Part shown: positions 20,694-33,205 of the stretch, piece after piece
Layout of the letters: every line of letters starts with the position of its first letter
How positions within the stretch are numbered: the first letter of the stretch is position 1
Source of the DNA: the human T2T-CHM13v2.0 reference genome, Homo sapiens
Assembly (NCBI RefSeq): GCF_009914755.1
Contig: NC_060942.1
Length of the DNA: 64,000 nt
Direction: 5' to 3' (one strand)
Translations under genes and position numbers: made by a program
Notes under the pieces: generated by a model
What the model was told of the DNA's origin: nothing
Database searches by the model: none
The model's input: only the letters and a program-made list of their open reading frames with translations

Positions 20694-21457
20694 TGATATG
20701 ATTTGGATGTCTGTTCCCTCCAAATCTCTTGTTGAAATGTGATTTGCAATGTTGGAAGTGGGGCCTGGTGGAAGGTGACTGGATCATGACGGCAGGTCCC
20801 TCATGAATGGCTTAGCACCATCACCTTGGTGATAAGTGAGTTCTAGCTCAGTTAGTTCATGTGAGATCTGGTTGTTTAAAAGTGTGTGGCACCTCCCAAC
20901 CCACTCTTGCTCTTGCTCTCACCATGTGAAGTGATGGCTGCCCATCGCCTTCCACCAATGATTGTGAGCTTCCTGAGGCCTCCCCAGAAGCAAATGCCAG
21001 CACCATGCTTCCTGTACAGCCCACAGAACCACCGTGAGCCCATTAAACCTCTTTTCTTTATAAATTACCCAGCCTCAGGTGTTTCTTTTCTTTCTTTCCT
21101 TTCTTTCTTCCTTTCTTTCTCTTTCTTTCTTTTTTCAGGGTCTGGCTCTTTTGCCCAGACTGGAGTGCAGTGGTGTGATCTCGGCACACCTCAGCCTCAA
21201 CCTCCCAGGCTCAAGGGATCCTCCTCAGCTCCTTGAGTAGCTGAGACTACAGGCTCAAGCCACCAGGCCCAGCGAATTCTTGTATTTTTTGTTTTTAGAG
21301 ATGAGGTCTCACTTTGTTGCCCAGCTGGTCTCGAACTCCTGGACTCAAGGGATCTGTCCACTTCAGCCTCCCAAAGTGTTGGGATTACAGGTGTGAGCCA
21401 CTGTGCTTGGCCTCAGGCATTTCTTCATTAATAGCATTGCAAGAATGGCCTAATGTA
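20694..21457 (+). mobile_element. MST (MSTB-like) MaLR solo LTR containing an antisense AluJ (about 21081-21412)
   Basis: Starts TGATATGATTTGGATG; 3' part ATTAAACCTCTTTTCTTTATAAATTACCCAGCCTCAGG...GCAAGAATGGCCTAAT; 5-bp TSD GCTAT on both sides. Confidence 0.88.
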
Positions 21458-22155
21458 GCTATTTTTATACAAAAAGATGAGCTATTTACAAGTCATTCTT
21501 TGCTACCCACCTCTATATTTGTCAAAAATTTGAAGCATAATATAGCTTTCTTATATGATCATAAATGGCTTAAATTTGTTACATTTCTGTGTGTCAAGGA
21601 ATGGTGCTGAGTTCCAAGATGATACCAGTTTTTACAGGTTTGTGGCCATCTTCGAAATGTCTGCTTAATAGGCCTTCTTTTTAAAGAAGACAAATCATCA
21701 CTGAAAATTGAAGAGAAAAATCGAGTGTTATTTATATGAAACTTAAACATGTGACATTATGTATTCTTCTTCTTTGGGTACTTCCCAGATGTGATTATGA
21801 TCTACATAGTTTTGCTAAGACAACTCAATAATTTGTAAAGAGGCTTAGCATTAAAATGTTCCCTATTTGTGATTACCCATTGTACTTTAAAATTGTTCCT
21901 GCTAATTTTTCATTTCTGATGATCCAAGTGAAGAGTATTTGCCAAACACCCACAGTATCAAATCTAAGATGCTAAAGGCAGCCTGCAAAGGGAACAAAGG
22001 GAAACGAATTCTAGAGGAGACTCTACAAGTTAAGGTTCTATGTAATTGTTGGGTAGACGCAAAACGGACTGGAGGAAACATTGCTTTTGATACACCTGCT
22101 GAATAGTTCCCTTTAAGGGTTGTCCTCCCTCACCCCCAAAGAAAATGGATTACTA

Positions 22156-22490
<335 letters not shown>

Positions 22491-22667
22491 TCAGAGTAGA
22501 TGATGGGTAAACTGATTGATGATGCTAGTCTTCTAAGTATGTTTGTTTATATTCTACCTCACTCCACAAAAGATTTGAGTGTGTTTATAACGTGCAATTT
22601 CCTCTAAGTTGAAAAAAAAAGAATGAAAAAACAGAGTGGTGGAAAATATATAAAGAAAAGGCATATA

Positions 22668-22984
22668 GGCTGGGCTCAGTAGCTCATGCCTGTAATCCTA
22701 ACACTTTGGGAGGCCAAGGTGGGAGGATCACTTGAAGCCTAGAATTCGAGACCAGCCTGGGCAAGGGAGACCCCATCTCTACAAAAAATAAAAAACCTTA
22801 GCCGGTACAGTGGTGTGCTCCTGTAGTCCCAGCTACTTGGGAGGCTGAGGTGGGAGGATCACTTGAGTCCTGGAGTTTGAGGGTACAGTGTGCTGTGATC
22901 ATGCCACTGTTCTCCAGTCTGGACAACAGAGCAAGAACTTGTCTCTCGGGGAAAAAGGAAAAGAAAAAGAAAAAAAAAAAAGAA
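22668..22984 (+). mobile_element. Alu (AluJ)
   Basis: Dimeric Alu with A tail. Confidence 0.9.
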
Positions 22985-23002
22985 TAGTAATATAAATCTA
23001 GG

Positions 23003-23349
23003 CCAGATGTCTCTAAACTTGGCAGTGGTGCATTAGGATCACCTGGGGAACTTTTAAAGCTCCTGATGCCCATGTGGCACCCTGTACTAATTAAATCATA
23101 ATGCCTGGGAGTGGGAGGCAGAGAGGAGCAGTAGTAAAAATTCCCAAATGTTTCTATGTATAGCAAAATTTGGAAACTAAGCTGATGTTCTCAGCCTTAA
23201 GTGCACATTAGCATCACCTGGGAGGCTGTTGAAACTACTGATGTCAGAATCCATTAAATCATAGCCTCTGATGCTGGTTACCGGGCACTTAGTCTATTTG
23301 AAAGCTCCCCAGGTGATTGCAATGTACATGCTGAGTAGAGAACCACAGC
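23003..23349. mobile_element. Two adjacent MER5-type hAT-Charlie MITEs
   Basis: Each unit has GCATTAG(G/C)ATCACCTGGG; the second ends AAAGCTCCCCAGGTGATT...GAGAACCAC. Confidence 0.75.
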
Positions 23350-23906
23350 ATTGGGGGAAAGTTGGTATATAGTTACAAAAGGGATTTTTTTTTTAATGGG
23401 TTCTTTTATGGCTTAAGACCATGAAACTGGTTCTGAGCTTCCTGGTGGCCAAAGTAGATAGAAAAACACAGTCGGTTTTAATAATTTTGGTCATCTGCCA
23501 TGCAAAAGCTTACCAGTTTCTTGAAAGCAAAAGAGCTTTTCTTCATAGATCTGAAATAAATGTCTAGTTTATTAGTCTTCTCACAGAGGATGTTGATGTC
23601 ATGGATCACGATTTTATAAACACCCCACAATAAGTGACATATGGCAAGTTTCATATTATAGTTCCTAATAACCATCCCTCAGGGAAAGACAAGGACATGA
23701 CCCTGAGTGCAGGGCTATAGGCTGTTGCGGTGGGTGTGTGGGAGTAGATGATAAAAGACAGGAAGAGAAACTGCCACACCCCTCTACAGTTTCCAGATAA
23801 CATAGCCTTACCCAAAGGCGAAGCCTGGAATTGTGTACCTCCAGGATGTGGAAGGCGTGTCCTGTGTAATTAGAAATTATAATTTTCTATCAGCACATTT
23901 TAAGAA

Positions 23907-24201
23907 TTATTTATTTATGTATTTATTTATTTAGAGACACAGGGTCTTTCTCTGTCATCCAGGCTGGAGTGCAATGGCACGATCATAGCTCACTGTAACC
24001 TTGAACTTCTGGGCTCAAGTGAACCTCTAGTCTCAGCCTCCTGAGTAGCTAGGACTATGGGCCCATGCCACCACACCTGGCAAATTTTTAATTTTTTTTT
24101 TTTTTTGTAGGGACAGGGGTCTCTCTATATTGCCCAGGCTGGTCTCGAACTCCTGGCCTCAAATGATCCTCCTGCCTCTGCCTCCCAAAATGCTAGCATT
24201 A
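23907..24201 (-). mobile_element. Alu (AluJ)
   Basis: Antisense Alu with (TTTA)n tail. Confidence 0.9.
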
Positions 24202-24332
24202 TTATTCAATTACTTTTCTTCCTTTATAATATAAACTGTACAAATTTTACAAAGGTTTGGCTAGTGAGGGTAGGTAGAGAAGCACTGACTCCCATCCATG
24301 AGGGTCACAGGCTAGGGCAAGGGCATCTGAGA

Positions 24333-24375
24333 ATGCGTGTGTGTGTGTGTGTGAGAGAGAGAGAAAGACAGAGTG
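24333..24375. repeat. (GT)n(GA)n compound microsatellite
   Basis: GTGTGTGTGTGTGTGTGAGAGAGAGAGA read directly. Confidence 0.9.
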
Positions 24376-24410
24376 TGCACGTGTACCTTTTGTTTATCAA
24401 AAGACTTTAG

Positions 24411-24720
<310 letters not shown>

Positions 24721-25379
24721 TAAAGACTCGAGGTTTGAAAGGGTTGAAAAACCTCAGTATTGAAAGAATGGACAGAAATCTGACTTTTAAATAGTCCTCC
24801 ATAAATAGTTCTCATTGGGGGTTTTGTGGCCTGTAAGTACTGTGGACTTGACGGCTCAAGACTTCTAGAGAAGGCTTCTGAGTAGGATGTTGACTCCATG
24901 GGGCTAAGTCGTCAAAGGAAACCCATTCTACGGCACAGGTTTTAAGCCAGTCATGCTGCAGGAAGGCAAAGGAGAGCTTAAGGTAGCATGGGTGGGCTCT
25001 TTTGAAAACGAACTAGCAGGGCGAACAGCAGATATTTAGTTATGTAGCTGGCAACGAGGAATATGATTCCTTCGGGTCACGCGAGTTCTCTCTGAACTTC
25101 CTTGAATGAAAATCCTAAATGCATCCTGGTAATACCCAAGTAGGCACTTTGACGTTTCCTTTTCAAAGGCAAATGGAATGTTCTGCCGTCTGTTTTCTTT
25201 TTGAACTCCCAACTGCACTTAACATCTAAATTTAAGGAAAGGCTTCCGAAAAAGTCGACTGACGAATTTCTTTCACTTATTTAAAGTAGTCTCTTGCAGT
25301 CCTATAAATCGGAAGGATTAAATGAACTGCTTGCTAGAGAAACGGTAGCTGGGTGGTGGGAAGAATCCTACGGTGGCTA

Positions 25380-27900
25380 ATAAGACGTCTCGATCATTTG
25401 CATATGCAAAGGATAACCTTAAGCTTGAGTTTGATATTTCACGTTGCGGCTCACAAATGAACTGCTTTTTATTCAAAGAACCATGCTGTCTGTTTTCGCG
25501 TGGGTGGGTGTGTAACCGGGGCGGGCGCTATGTTGGTTTTGTTCCCTGCAAGGTTGACACAGGCAATGGCGACTTGCGGCCACACTGGGGCAGCCTCTCC
25601 TCGGCTGGCAGCCGGGCCGGGCGGCTCGCTCCCGGGAGCTGACAATGTAGCCAAGTCCTGCTCGTCGGGGCCGCAAAGAATTTAAAGGGGTCTAGAAACA
25701 TCCATCTTTTCCCCTTTTCACAGTTAACAGCGAGCTCAGGGCTCTCGGTAAAAAGACCACCGGGAGGAAGAAACGCTCAGGGCGTTTTTGTTATTGTTCG
25801 CAAAATCCTCTATCGCCCCCAAACGTCCAGCCCGCCCCCTCCCTAAAGCGGAGGGAAACCGGGAGAGGAGGGAGGGTCGGCGGCGCCGGCCAAGCGCGCC
25901 AGTACACGCCCCTGCGGATCCGCCCCGCGGCCGGGTGACCCCCGCCGCGCCGCGCTGGAGGCCCCGGGCCGGGGTGGGCGTGGGGCTGAACTCCGCCACC
26001 CCCGCAGCCCGCGGCCCGCTCCCCAGCCCGGCCTGTGATTGGCTTGGGGGGCGCGTGTGCCCGCCCCGGCGAACGGGGAGGGTACCCTCGCGGCGCCGGT
26101 GGGAGGAGGCGGAGGAGGGGGCGGAGAGAGCGGGGGCCCGGACGGCGCTAGCGAGGAGGCGGGCGAGCCGGGTCCCCGGGAGCGCAGAGGAGGCTCGGAG
26201 GGGGGCGGAGAGCGGCGGGGCGGGAGGGAGGCGCGGGTCGCGGGGAGGGAAAGCCCGGCCGGGTCTGCGCCGCCGCCGCGCGCAGGGAGAGGCGCCGGGG
26301 CTGCCGCCCGGTGCTCGGCGCGCTCTCGGGAGCCGCCCGCCCGCTGGTCCCGCAGCCTTCCGGGAGGAAGCGGTGCCGGCAGCGTCCAGGGCGCGCTCTC
26401 GGGCACCCTCACCTGCCGGCGCCCGGCCGCTTACCCGGCAGGGCGTGCGCAGGGTAGGGTGCGGGACCGGGGGGACCTGGAGGCAGAGGGGAGAACCGGC
26501 CGTCCGCGCCGCAGCACAGCCGCTGGGAGCGCCTCAGACCCCGCGCGGGGCGCCGGCTCCATGGCGACCGGGCTCGGGGAGCCGGTCTATGGACTTTCCG
26601 AAGACGAGGTGAGTGGCACCCCCTTCCTGCTCGGGACTCCCCGGGGAGTTCCTATCCCGCGCCGGCAGGGGGAGGGGAAAGGGGCCGTCCCCGGGGTGCT
26701 CGTGCCCAGCGTCTGCAGGGGAGCCCCAAAGCGGGAGCGCCCCGGAGCGGGATCCAGGGGAGCTTGGGTCCTTCCGCACCCCCCACCCTCCGCAAGCCGA
26801 GCTCATTGTTTGTAAATAAAGCGGCGCGACGCCCTTGGAGCTGGGGGTTCACTCCGCAGCTCCTCGCTTTTGGGAGGAGAGGGAGGGGGCATGCGTGCCT
26901 CTCTTCCCTCTTCCTCTCCAAGCAGCGTCTCCCGGGGCTGTTGGGCAACTTTCCGCCTCTCGCCCCTGCAGCCCGGGAGTCCATGATGCATGTCACGTCT
27001 GGGTCGCGCGGCTGGAGACCCGGGACTGCGGAGAAGCCGGATCGTTTCCCCCTGGAACTTTCTCTCTCATGATTGTGTGGATCAGCAGGCGCTCAGAAGC
27101 CTGTGCGTGCTTATCCCGGCGGGAATGGGGGACACGCTGCGTGTGTCCCTCCCCTCGTTTTGCAAAGTCTACGGCCAGGATTGTGGATTTCGGAGCCTCG
27201 GTGGGGGAGGTGTTCAAGGCTGGTGGCAGGTGCTCCTGGAAACTTGGGGAGGAAGCTTGCAGCCCTGCCATTTTTTCCTCCCGAGGATTCAAAGCCCGGC
27301 ACCTCCGGGGTGGGTGGGGAGAGGAAAGCTTAATTGATCTCTTTTATTAATAAAGCGACTGAATAAGCCACACCTCCCAGGCGGTCGGTTTCACTGGAAA
27401 GGGCTTTGTTTTTACCTTCACTCTCTCTTCCGTGTCTCCCACTCCCCCCTTTTGAAACAATCCTGCTAAATCACTGCCTAGTCCTCTCTCGACCAGCCAC
27501 GCTCGGCTCTTATTGGTATGTTGCTCTGCCAAAAAGGGGGGTGGGACGCTTGTCGCGGGCGCGGCGTGACAGGCAGGCTGGATGGAGCAGGTAGGAGTGG
27601 TTTGCCATCTGGCGGGGTGCGCGCTCAGGTCTGGCTCCCCTTTCGAGAGGTGAATTTTACAACCCAAGAAGCATTACTCAGCAGGGAGGTATTTCCTATC
27701 CTGGTTGTGCATTTCATGAAAAGTTGATGCCTGGAAATTCAGGCGTTCTCGATTTCTCTTTCTTCCCCTCCCTCCTTTCTTTTCAGAGGTTCCCTCTTTC
27801 TCTCGTGTTGGGGGTGGGGTTGGAAGAAAGGCTATTATCTGAGACAGGCTCGCGTTATGGCTCCGCTTTCTGCGGCTCTCCTACCCTGGCATGGTGTGTG
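25380..27900. promoter_or_regulatory. NEDD4L: CpG-island promoter of NEDD4L
   Basis: Abrupt rise in GC and CpG density, free of repeats. It holds multiple GC boxes (CCCGCCCC at 25831; GGGGCGG near 26117, 26202 and 26217), an inverted CCAAT box (ATTGG 26038-26042, GCCAATCAC) and the first coding exon. No obvious TATA box before exon 1. Confidence 0.93.
26561..26608 (+). CDS. NEDD4L: NEDD4L (NEDD4-2, HECT E3 ubiquitin ligase) first coding exon of the C2-domain isoform, residues 1-16
   Basis: Encodes MATGLGEPVYGLSEDE, the recognised N-terminus of human NEDD4L. It is followed by the consensus donor GAG|GTGAGT (phase 0). The 5' UTR extends upstream into the CpG island; the TSS cannot be fixed from sequence. 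Confidence 0.95.
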
Positions 27901-27918
27901 TGTGTGCCTGTGTGCTAC
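27840..27918 (+). other. Candidate alternative first exon of NEDD4L (start uncertain)
   Basis: CpG-containing segment at the island edge ending in the donor TAC|GTAAGT (27919-27924). Confidence 0.45.
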
Positions 27919-29264
27919 GTAAGTGTGGAATGAAAGGTATTTTGGGGTGGGAAGGGTGTTTAGGGTATGAATTTTTTTCTTAGCGGTGCTAGGCAAAGCT
28001 TGATGTATTTATTTGATCAAAGAATGATCACAGTGCAAATAATGTGTGATTTGTGTGTTTATTTTGCCTCGCTGTGCTTTTGTAAAATAATTTCCCGTTT
28101 TGTGTAACTACCTGGGGATAGGTGACAGTAGCATTGTTTCATTGACCCGGGGGGCTTCTCCTCTCCCTCCTGGCTTCTCTCTTTGAGGAGCTTTCCCTTG
28201 CATCCTCTACTTCTCCATTTAATTAGTGGCAGTAGAGGGCAGGCCCTGAGTTGCAGAGACGCAGACATTCCTAAACAAAGGGGCTGCTTGGGTTGACGTA
28301 TTGTGGGGGGTGGGGGGTGAGGACAGCTGCATTTCATCCTAGGTTCTTTTAAAAAATGTTTTAATAACATGATTATTTGTAAAAACTCCCCCGAAAAAAC
28401 GATTTTAAGAGTGTTTTGGGAAGTGCAGCTGGATAAATGAAACACGTTAATGTCACTGTTGTTTGTGCTTTATTTACATTGGCAGTGAGTGTCAGAATCT
28501 ACCTAGAGCACATCTTGCCACTTTTGTCCACAGGAGTCACTACTAATCATCATAACTGATGTCTAGTGTGAAAGTGAAGCTTGGAATGTAAACAGAGGCC
28601 GAGTGTGTGTTGGCATGTGACTGGATTCACTCCTGCATGTTGCTAGAAGGGAATTTGGGGCTGTATAGGAAATAGCAAGAGGTGATGAAGACACCTTTTA
28701 TTATCTATTTATTGCCATGTCGCTGGTAGTATTTAGTTCCACACACATTGTATTTCACAAGATGAGTCTCATCCGTCTTCCTTTTTCAACTTTCTCCTAC
28801 CAGTGAAAAAATAAGCCAGGGCAGTTCTGATGACTTCACATTTCATTGGTATTTGTTTTTCATGGGCTGTCACGTTGCCCTTCAGAGAATCAGGGAATGC
28901 CTTCGTAGAATATTAACGACAAATTGTTGAATTTGCACAGCTTGTTTTGTCTCCCTGAATTAGTATGTGTAAGAAAAACCAATGGAAGATTTTAGCAGGC
29001 TCTGAAAGTAGAATGCCCGCTGAAGCAAACGGCAGGGTTGTTCTTCCAAGGCGTATTAAATATGGGTACACTTAGTTTGCAGACTTGGTGTGCTGCAGAA
29101 TATCACATATGAAGATATTTTGACCGCTATTTAGAAGAGTGACCTCATAAATCTTTTAGCAAAGTAGACACACATACCTACCACATTTCTTAAAAGTAGA
29201 TTCGTATTTTGATTTGAGATTGTTGAAAAGCATGGTATGTTTGGAGTGCACTTAGTTATGTCCC

Positions 29265-29401
29265 ATCTCATAAAGACTGTCGAGCTCTCTGCACTGCTGA
29301 TGATGAAGCATTGCATGAACCCAGAAAACGGGGATGCCAAAGCACAGGGCTTAGGTGCTGTTCCTTGCGTCATCAGCAGAGGTCTGTCCACTTTGTAGAA
29401 G
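29265..29401 (+). other. Candidate alternative first exon of NEDD4L (start uncertain)
   Basis: Strong donor AAG|GTAAGG at 29402 in unique sequence. NEDD4L is known to use several alternative first exons that give C2-less isoforms. Confidence 0.5.
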
Positions 29402-30267
29402 GTAAGGGGTTGAGATGTGGGCTTTGCTTGTGTGAATGTATGTGCTGTTTAATTTTTTCTGTGTGTTTCGGGCGGAGGTTTCTCTGGTGAGTTATAATTC
29501 ATATTTACCCTGATTTAAGTCATGTCACTTTAGGTAGCCAGATTCAAAACCATCAGATGAAGGACTTTTGGTGTTAGAGGGATTAGCAGTTTAACAAAAC
29601 TTCTGATTCATGGCCCAAGATCAGATTTGGTTTGGAATCAGAACACTTTGGACTAGTTTCTGCATCTGGCTTGAGTCCTTGTGGATTTCTTGTTTTATTT
29701 CTTTATTTTTGGCAATCTGTAGTGCATTTTGGCATAGTTTACTTATGAATGTTACCGCTAACTTTCTGAAATCTTTTATTCCATTTTAGAAAGGTATCAT
29801 TTATTGAAAAGATTTTTCTACTGAACAAAATACTGGGATTGAATGGCAGCTTCTTATCACATTAGATATGACATTAAGTAATTTCGTTAGTAGTTAAAAT
29901 GAAGCAAATGGCATAGAAATGAAGGCCAGGCTGACATAGGATAAATGGCACCTTCTCTCCTTATCCTGTACAAACACGGATAGTTGGCTACTTTTGAATG
30001 CCTCTTCTATACCAATGGTAAAAATCCGGCTTAATTGGGGCCACATTCTAGCCTAGTCACAATCAGTGGCTTGCATTATGTCCTTTGAGATGTGGCAGAT
30101 CTGCTTATAGGTGCCAGTCACCACGGCTCCCTGCTGGCTTGGGGGTCTTTCTACTCATTTACATATAATTATCTACTTCTTAATCAACCATTAAGGTTAA
30201 CTTTTGGCATGGATCCTGTATGCTTTTCAGTTTAAGATGCTGTCACTTTTAAGATGCGCCATGAGAG

Positions 30268-30430
30268 CAAAGTGCTAAGCCTTGTGCACATACTATGTCA
30301 TTTAGTTCTCATGAGAACTGTGTGAGGTGGGCTGTGATTTACAGATGAGGAATGAAAGCTCAAAGAGGTTACGTGACCTGCATAAGGACACAAAACAAGT
30401 TAAGTTATGGAGCCAGCTATTTTGAATAGA
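30268..30430 (-). mobile_element. MIR
   Basis: GTGCTAAG...TCATTTAGTTCTCA...TTTACAGATGAGGAATGAAAGCTCAAAGAGGTTACGTGACCTG. Confidence 0.75.
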
Positions 30431-30532
30431 AAGGCCTAGTTTTTAACATGCTGAATATCCTCCCCTTCTGACAAATGCCTTGAAAGGTCTTACTATCTAG
30501 ATTATTTAAGATAATGTAAGAGAAATAAACAC

Positions 30533-30830
30533 CACTGGTTGCAAACTGATGGCTGCTGGGCCCGATTTGACCAGGAACCCTGCTTAATGTGGTCTCTAGA
30601 GTGTTTTAAAGCTTGGAAATTTCATGAAAATGGTAAAAATCTGGCTTAATTGGGGCCACATTCTAACCTAGTTACAGTCAGTGGCTGGCATTATGTCCTT
30701 TGAGATGTGGCAGCTAGTTGTGCTATGGTTGCAGTCACCACTACTTTCTGTTGTCTTAGGGGTCTTTCTACTTGTTTACATATAATTATCCACTTCATAA
30801 CAAACCTTTAAGGCTAACCTTTGGCGTGGA
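30533..30830 (+). mobile_element. MER102-like hAT-Charlie DNA transposon, followed by a Tigger-like fragment to about 31010
   Basis: CACTGGTTGCAAACTGATGGC...GGGCCCGATTTG...AGTGTTTTAAA...GGAAATTTCA...GGGCCACATTC follows the MER102 layout as I recall it. Confidence 0.6.
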
Positions 30831-31586
30831 TGCCATATTTCTTTCACTTTAGTGTGCTGTCACTTTTAAGATATGCCATTATTTCATGTACCACGAAGAA
30901 AAAATTGCTGTCAAGTTATGACATACTGTCCATCTTATGAAGCATCCTTATTTCAGAGAAGTTGAAATATGAGAAAAAGGATATTTTAGAATTGATGAAT
31001 TACAGTGACTAGAAACCTGGGAAAACTCCATGCCATCAGTTTCAATATCCCCAATCATTCAGTACTTTTAAGTCAACGAGTAGTCAGATTTCTGCTTTTC
31101 TGTGTTTGAGGAAAGTGCTAGAAAAAGAGAAGTGCTCTTAAATAGGCATTAGCACAGAAGGAACTGGGGGCCTAGATCATAGCCAACTGGATGGCCGTCT
31201 GTAAGTGATTAAGAATAGTTGTTAGTTTTTAAAAAGTGGCCTGTGTGTATTTTCAAGAGATTACTTGGGAAACCCTATGTGCCATCTTTGCAGCTGTGCA
31301 AAACGGTGAGGACAAGATTGCTTTCAAAAATTGTGGTTTAGATTTTGCTTGGATCTCAAGGTGAATGCTGACAGGCCGTTTTCTGAAGAGAGAGAAGGCT
31401 TGCCCAGTCATGCCAAGTCCAAGTGCCTGTGTCGGGCCTAGATGCTGGATGGTAGACTGTATACCCAGGACATATAGGTAATGTTTGAGAAACAAATGTT
31501 AAAAGGACCTAGTTTTCATGGTGACATTTAAAATCAGTTTTTAAAATTCATGAATATAACATGTTGTTTTAAAATTTGATTATAGG

Positions 31587-33205
<1,619 letters not shown>

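Larger units (their letters stand above)
30014..30879 (+). repeat. Diverged direct repeat of about 250 bp (30014-30262 and 30629-30879)
   Basis: Both copies start AATGGTAAAAATC(C/T)GGCTTAATTGGGGCCACATTCTA and end TGCTGTCACTTTTAAGAT..GCCAT. Confidence 0.93.

Noticed and set aside
25736-27350. Long overlapping ORFs (274, 258, 189 and 171 aa) in the CpG island
   Set aside because: They are Arg/Gly/Ala/Pro-rich products of stop-poor GC-rich DNA, mostly with non-ATG starts. Only the 16 codons of NEDD4L exon 1 are supported.
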